Source: an uncultured Gammaproteobacteria bacterium (GTDB lineage Bacteria > Patescibacteriota > Microgenomatia > Levybacterales > UBA12049). Taken from it: a stretch of DNA of 64,000 bases. Below are positions 58,793-64,000 of this stretch, piece after piece (position 1 is the first letter of the stretch; every line of letters begins with the position of its first letter). The notes under the pieces were generated by a model. The model was given only the letters and a program-made list of their open reading frames with translations. It was not told the origin of the DNA and made no database searches. The position numbers and the translations under genes are program-made. The stretch is from positions 1,254,758-1,318,757 of the forward strand of contig CAZDOJ010000001.1 of the NCBI GenBank assembly GCA_964507055.1, read 5' to 3'.

Positions 58793-60364
58793 ATGTATAC
58801 CTTTCGTCCGCTTTCACCCTTGGCAAAGTATCTTATTGATGCACTTGAGGAAAAACAAGATCATCATCATGAAGAACGCCGCATTACAGTAAATCCAATT
58901 GTTACCAAATTTGCTTCATGGTACGAAAAACTTCGTAATGCTATGGAGTTTCGTGAGGATGAGGTAATCCTTCGTGCAACTATCGAACGTATCTTGAAAA
59001 GACGTTTACTTCTTGGAGGTAATGGGAAGTCCACAGCAAATCCATTAGTTAAAGAGCTCTTGTGGGCACGTTATTTGCCAGATAATGAGGTCGGAGCTTC
59101 TGTTGTGCAAAAGATTGAAGAAACAATTGATCTTTACTTGCAGTTACGACTAAAGGTATTGGCGAAGCATAAGATTTCAGAAAGCGAGATAAATGATTGG
59201 ACATATGATCTGATGTCAGCGGACATCCAATACATTCTTAATCCGAAAAAGCCAAAAGAACTTATCGCAAACTTCATGTTTCATGTCTTGAAGGATGACG
59301 TCGCGATAGAGGATGAGAAGCCTGAAACAAAAGATGCTCAAGTCTTTATGGCAGTTCGTAAAGCATTTGCTCGTGATGATTTGGCCTTTCTTCGGTATCA
59401 TATGTTCTCGCAATACTTTGGTCGATTAACGCCAAAGACACTTGATTTTACGGCAGAACATTTCCTTCAAGGATATAACGAAATTCATCGCCAAATGAAA
59501 TATGTTCACCGTGACAAGATTTACACATATGTAAAGCGAAGAACTGCAGCATTTTTTATCTTTGATGATATTCTCCAATCCAAAAAAGAGAATTGGAAAT
59601 CTATTCTTGAAAATGAGGAAGAGTTAAGAGAAGCGGTTTTTGAAGCTTGTGAGAAGCGATATAACGGTATTACTACACGTGTTCGAACGGCTATTCTTCG
59701 ATCGTTTGTCTTTATTTTAATTACCAAATTAGGTTTTGCCTTCTTTGTAGAAGGAACATACGAAACTTTAGTCTATGGGGAAATTCATTGGAACTCTATT
59801 ATAGTCAATACGACAGTGCCGCCGTTATTGATGGTTATCGTGGGTTTGTTCATCCGTGCTCCAGGAAAGGATAATTCTGAAATCGTCTTTAAGTACATAA
59901 CACAGCTTCTTTATGAGAATGATCCAGTGTTAGGAAATAGATTGCTTATTCACAAAGCACAAACCGATAAAGGGTTTATGACAGCATTTACTATTCTTTG
60001 GTTGATTGGGTTTGTTATCTCATTTGGTACATTGGTCTTAATTCTCACAAGGTTTGGTTTCAATCCTGTCAGTCAATTTATTTTCTTATTCTTTTTGGCA
60101 ATCGTTTCATTCTTGGCGTATCGTATTTCACTTTTATCCAATGTCTATCGTGTAGGGGAGAAACAGGGATTTGGCACGCTTTTGGTCGATTTCCTTTTCA
60201 TGCCGATTATTCGTGTCGGTCGACGTTTAACTACAAGTATTGCACAGATAAACATCTTCCTTATGCTCTTTGATTTCTTCATCGAAGCACCATTCAAATA
60301 TCTTTTTGCCTTCTTCGACCAATGGTTCTACTTCCTCCATACCAAGACTGAGGAGTTGGAGTAG
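58793..60364 (+). CDS. Hypothetical integral membrane protein, 523 aa
   Basis: Soluble N-terminal half, then 4-6 TM helices. I recognise no motif. Confidence 0.45.
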   Translation: MYTFRPLSPLAKYLIDALEEKQDHHHEERRITVNPIVTKFASWYEKLRNAMEFREDEVILRATIERILKRRLLLGGNGKSTANPLVKELLWARYLPDNEVGASVVQKIEETIDLYLQLRLKVLAKHKISESEINDWTYDLMSADIQYILNPKKPKELIANFMFHVLKDDVAIEDEKPETKDAQVFMAVRKAFARDDLAFLRYHMFSQYFGRLTPKTLDFTAEHFLQGYNEIHRQMKYVHRDKIYTYVKRRTAAFFIFDDILQSKKENWKSILENEEELREAVFEACEKRYNGITTRVRTAILRSFVFILITKLGFAFFVEGTYETLVYGEIHWNSIIVNTTVPPLLMVIVGLFIRAPGKDNSEIVFKYITQLLYENDPVLGNRLLIHKAQTDKGFMTAFTILWLIGFVISFGTLVLILTRFGFNPVSQFIFLFFLAIVSFLAYRISLLSNVYRVGEKQGFGTLLVDFLFMPIIRVGRRLTTSIAQINIFLMLFDFFIEAPFKYLFAFFDQWFYFLHTKTEELE

Positions 60365-60374
60365 GTATTTTACT

Positions 60375-61487
60375 ATGGTAGAGAAAAGACCAAATCTTCC
60401 TTCTCATGAAACCGGACTTACAGTACGCTCAGAAGTTCGTAAATTACGTAAAAATGCTCCGGGATATTTCCTTTCACTTATCGAAAATGGGGTTTTAGAG
60501 AATATAACTTCTATTCGAGATATTCCTTCTCAAAGTATGGTTGCTTTAGGAGGATTAGCTTCTGCGTGCTACTTTTATGAAAATAATGGAAAAGCTGAGG
60601 TTGTGAAGTTTGGTACCTTATCGACAGAGGCCGAAGAAATGGCTCTTAAAGCATGGAAGGCTCAGGGAGCATCAGTTCCAGATGTGAAATCCTCAGGTTA
60701 TGTTCCAGGTGTTGAAGATAGAACAAAATATATCGTTTTAGAAGGGATAACGACTTCAGAAGGAGAGCGTGCTCCGATCGGAGAGGATTTCATTGCTAGA
60801 TTCCCTGATAAAACAGAACAATTAGGGAGAATTATGGGAGTAGAGTTGGCACATATGCATAGAGCAGAAACCGCTTTGCCATTTGGTGCATTTGCAGATA
60901 CCAAAGGTTCGACTGCATCTACCGCAGCAGAATATTATGGAGCTGAAATTCGATCTGGGCAGGGAGCACTAAAAGCTAGTGGGATGACAGATGCACAACT
61001 AGATGATTTATATAATAATGTGCAAATGATACATTTCCCTGAGAAAGGGGTATTTGTCCATGGAGATTATGGTCCCCACAACGTACTTGTTAACTCGTCT
61101 GAGCCACTAAGCATTAAAGTTTTTGATCCTGCTCCACGCATTGCAGATGGTTATTGGGATATTGCTCGTCTCAAAAATCAGGTCGAATTGCTTGCAGGGT
61201 TAGTTACATCATCTCCCGAAGATAGTGAACTCTTAGATGAATACCATCAAAGAAAAACCTATACCGATACACTCATTAATTCGTATACCCAAACAACGGG
61301 AGAATCGCTTGATCCTCAAAGACTCCTTGCCAATCAAATTGTTACTGAACTGAGATCTATACAACGTCAGGTAAATCAGCAGCCTCATATCCTTGCTGAA
61401 ACAGGAAAGGATACAAATCTTGATCCTAAAAACCTAAAGAAAAAGCAACTACTGGTACAAAGAGTCAATGCATTTTTGATTGCATAG
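60375..61487 (+). CDS. Phosphotransferase (APH/choline-kinase-like, protein-kinase-like fold)
   Basis: Brenner motif ...VHGDYGPHNVLV... and ...KVFDPAPRIADGYWD... Confidence 0.6.
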   Translation: MVEKRPNLPSHETGLTVRSEVRKLRKNAPGYFLSLIENGVLENITSIRDIPSQSMVALGGLASACYFYENNGKAEVVKFGTLSTEAEEMALKAWKAQGASVPDVKSSGYVPGVEDRTKYIVLEGITTSEGERAPIGEDFIARFPDKTEQLGRIMGVELAHMHRAETALPFGAFADTKGSTASTAAEYYGAEIRSGQGALKASGMTDAQLDDLYNNVQMIHFPEKGVFVHGDYGPHNVLVNSSEPLSIKVFDPAPRIADGYWDIARLKNQVELLAGLVTSSPEDSELLDEYHQRKTYTDTLINSYTQTTGESLDPQRLLANQIVTELRSIQRQVNQQPHILAETGKDTNLDPKNLKKKQLLVQRVNAFLIA

Positions 61488-61558
61488 GAGAAGAGATACT
61501 TACTTTTTAGAAAGTCATTGACACCACATTTAGTAGTTGCTATATTAGATAGACACTT

Positions 61559-61879
61559 ATGGCAGACAAGACTTTTACAGACGCAGACTTTCAAGCAAAT
61601 GTACTCAACAGCGACAAACCAGTTGTTGTTGATTTCTGGGCTCCTTGGTGCACTCCTTGCAAAATGGTAACTCCAATTATTGAAGAACTCGCAAAAGAAT
61701 ATGATGGTAAAGTTTCAGTAGGGAAGATGAATGTTGATGAAAATCAACAAACAGCTGGGACATACGGTGTGATGAGTATCCCAACAGTTATGGTTTTCAA
61801 AGGGGGTAAACCTGTTCAAGCAATTGTCGGAGCACAAAGTAAAGCAGCATACAAATCTGAAATCGATAAGGCACTCTAA
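61559..61879 (+). CDS. trxA: Thioredoxin
   Basis: ...VVDFWAPWCTPCKM... active site (WCxPC). Confidence 0.9.
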   Translation: MADKTFTDADFQANVLNSDKPVVVDFWAPWCTPCKMVTPIIEELAKEYDGKVSVGKMNVDENQQTAGTYGVMSIPTVMVFKGGKPVQAIVGAQSKAAYKSEIDKAL

Positions 61880-61929
61880 CGTAGATTTAAGATGTATGAT
61901 TCTCAGTCTCATCTCTTAAGTCTTTTTTT

Positions 61930-62856
61930 ATGGAAAATATCTACGACGTCATCATCATAGGATCAGGACCCTCAGGGCTTACAGCCGCTATCTACACAAC
62001 TCGTGCAAGTCTCAAGACTCTCGTTGTCGCTGGTGATAAATGGGGTGGACAACTTATGCTTACGACAGAAGTTGAGAATTTTCCGGGATTTCCAGAAGGT
62101 ATTCAAGGTCCAGATCTGATGGCAAATATCCGAAAGCAAGCAGAACATCACGGTGCAGAAATCGTTGATGTGAAGTTCGTTGAAGGTGATTTCCACAAAG
62201 CTGGTGGACCATTTACTATCACAACAGAAGAAAAAACCTACCAAGCAAAGACAGTTATCATCGCAACAGGTGCTGATACGAAATGGCTTGGTGTACCTGG
62301 TGAAGCCGAAAAGATCGGTCGAGGTATTTCTTCATGTGCCCCGTGTGATGCACCATTCTTTAAGGAAAAGGATGTTATTGTTGCTGGTGGAGGAGATAGT
62401 GCAATGGAAGAAGCGTGTGTGCTGACTCGTTTTGCAAAAAGTGTCACCATAGTTCATCGAAGAGAAGAATTACGTGCGTCTCAGATTATGCAGGAAAAAG
62501 CCCGTGCTAATCCAAAGATTAAGTTCGCTTTGAATACTGAGATCACTGAAATTACAGGAGAATTTAAGGTTGAAGGTGTTACATTGAAAAATAATGCAAC
62601 TGGAGAAACAAGTGAGATGAAAATAGATGGAGTTTTTGTGGCAATTGGTCATATTCCAAATAGTAAAGTTTTCCCTGGAATTGACATTGATGAAAAAGGT
62701 TTTATTAAAGCAGCAGAGCATACAAAAACAAATATTGAAGGCGTTTTTGTAGCAGGGGATGTCCATGACAAGGAATATATGCAAGCAATTACAGCGGCAG
62801 GACTCGGTTGCCAAGCAGCCCTTGATGCTGAGCGATGGTTAGCATCAAAAGAATAA
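61930..62856 (+). CDS. trxB: Thioredoxin-disulfide reductase
   Basis: FAD motif ...DVIIIGSGPSGLTAAIY... Redox-active ...SCAPCD... NADPH motif ...VAGGGDSAMEEA... Confidence 0.9.
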   Translation: MENIYDVIIIGSGPSGLTAAIYTTRASLKTLVVAGDKWGGQLMLTTEVENFPGFPEGIQGPDLMANIRKQAEHHGAEIVDVKFVEGDFHKAGGPFTITTEEKTYQAKTVIIATGADTKWLGVPGEAEKIGRGISSCAPCDAPFFKEKDVIVAGGGDSAMEEACVLTRFAKSVTIVHRREELRASQIMQEKARANPKIKFALNTEITEITGEFKVEGVTLKNNATGETSEMKIDGVFVAIGHIPNSKVFPGIDIDEKGFIKAAEHTKTNIEGVFVAGDVHDKEYMQAITAAGLGCQAALDAERWLASKE

Positions 62857-62884
62857 TCCTATATTCTATTCAAAATTCCCTCTA

Positions 62885-62913
62885 TTGACACTCAAATGAG
62901 GCTATGGTAAGAT
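62885..62913 (+). promoter_or_regulatory. Candidate promoter for the tRNA-Ala/23S transcript
   Basis: TTGACA at 62885-62890, a 17-nt spacer, then TAAGAT at 62908-62913. Confidence 0.3.
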
Positions 62914-63049
62914 AACTTTTACGAACCGAAGAAAACTCGTTTATGATGTTCTGTAATATTTTAGTTTCCTACCCAAACTAACGGAGTAAAACGTCTTCAT
63001 ACTCATCAGTCTTCTTCTGTTCAATTTCGCTCTTTCTAATCAAAAATCT

Positions 63050-63122
63050 GGGCCGTTAGCTCATTTGGTAGAGCACCTCATTTGCACTGAGGGGGTGGCG
63101 GGTTCAAATCCTGTACGGTCCA
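63050..63122 (+). tRNA. tRNA-Ala (UGC)
   Basis: GGGCCGT...ACGGTCC acceptor with the G3:U70 Ala identity pair. Anticodon loop TTTGCAC. T loop TTCAAAT. 73 nt. CCA is not encoded. Confidence 0.85.
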
Positions 63123-63384
63123 CTAATCAAAGTGTAAATGTCTAAAACTAGTTTGCCATCAAGCATTGAGGCAAACCTTCTAGTAAGAGAAGGTTTACCT
63201 GAGTGACTTGATGATAGATACTCCTTCGTCGATAGGCGGAAGAGGCTCTTTAAAAAGTGAAGAGAATATCCTGAATTGTGTTTATTTCTGCACCCGCAGA
63301 AGTCCATGGCGCAATCCAGGATAAATAATCATGTCTTAAATAGCTCTAATTGAGTTAATCAATTAGGGTGTTAAAAAAAAATAA

Positions 63385-64000
<616 letters not shown>

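Overview
This is a low-GC (about 40%) bacterial chromosomal segment with a compact gene layout and few Shine-Dalgarno sequences, the style of a small-genome uncultivated lineage. It may be CPR/Patescibacteria-like or Omnitrophota-like, but that is a guess. The window has four parts.

1. nt 1-16848 is the 5' part of one giant minus-strand gene. It starts at ATG 16848 and runs off the window start with no stop, so at least 5,616 codons lie in the window. I read this frame by hand from the ATG to nt 1. The product begins with a cytoplasmic excisionase/MerR-type helix-turn-helix (HTH), then a single transmembrane helix, then a huge repetitive extracellular region. That region is built from roughly 1.06-kb and roughly 1.4-kb tandem repeat units, each carrying a conserved paired-Cys motif.

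2. nt 16849-18248 is a 1.4-kb AT-rich stretch with no ORF on either strand. It contains a cluster of DnaA-box-like 9-mers (one perfect TTATCCACA), so it is either a candidate oriC or a complex regulatory region.

3. nt 18249-24563 is an F-type ATP synthase operon on the minus strand, in the order b-delta-alpha-gamma-beta-epsilon. It has no recognisable a or c subunit genes. A secreted/2-TM protein occupies the position where atpB/atpE would be.

4. nt 24600-62856 is a mixed housekeeping, envelope and DNA-repair region. It encodes secreted CAP-domain and Rpf-like transglycosylase proteins, an orphan sensor kinase, a PQQ sugar dehydrogenase, MsrB, UppP, XerC/D, MurD, FtsH, a 5'-3' exonuclease, Fpg, RecF, Nnr, Pth, AcyP, DsbA, TrxA and TrxB. 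It also carries a tightly packed small ORF-Fic-ATP-dependent DNA ligase-EndoQ-like PHP nuclease module.

The RNA genes are tRNA-Ile(UAU), tRNA-fMet, tRNA-Met(CAU), tRNA-Ala(UGC) and the 5' end of a 23S rRNA that is not linked to a 16S gene. No CRISPR array, transposase or reverse transcriptase is visible. The plus-strand ORFs listed inside 1-16800 are antisense artifacts of the giant gene.
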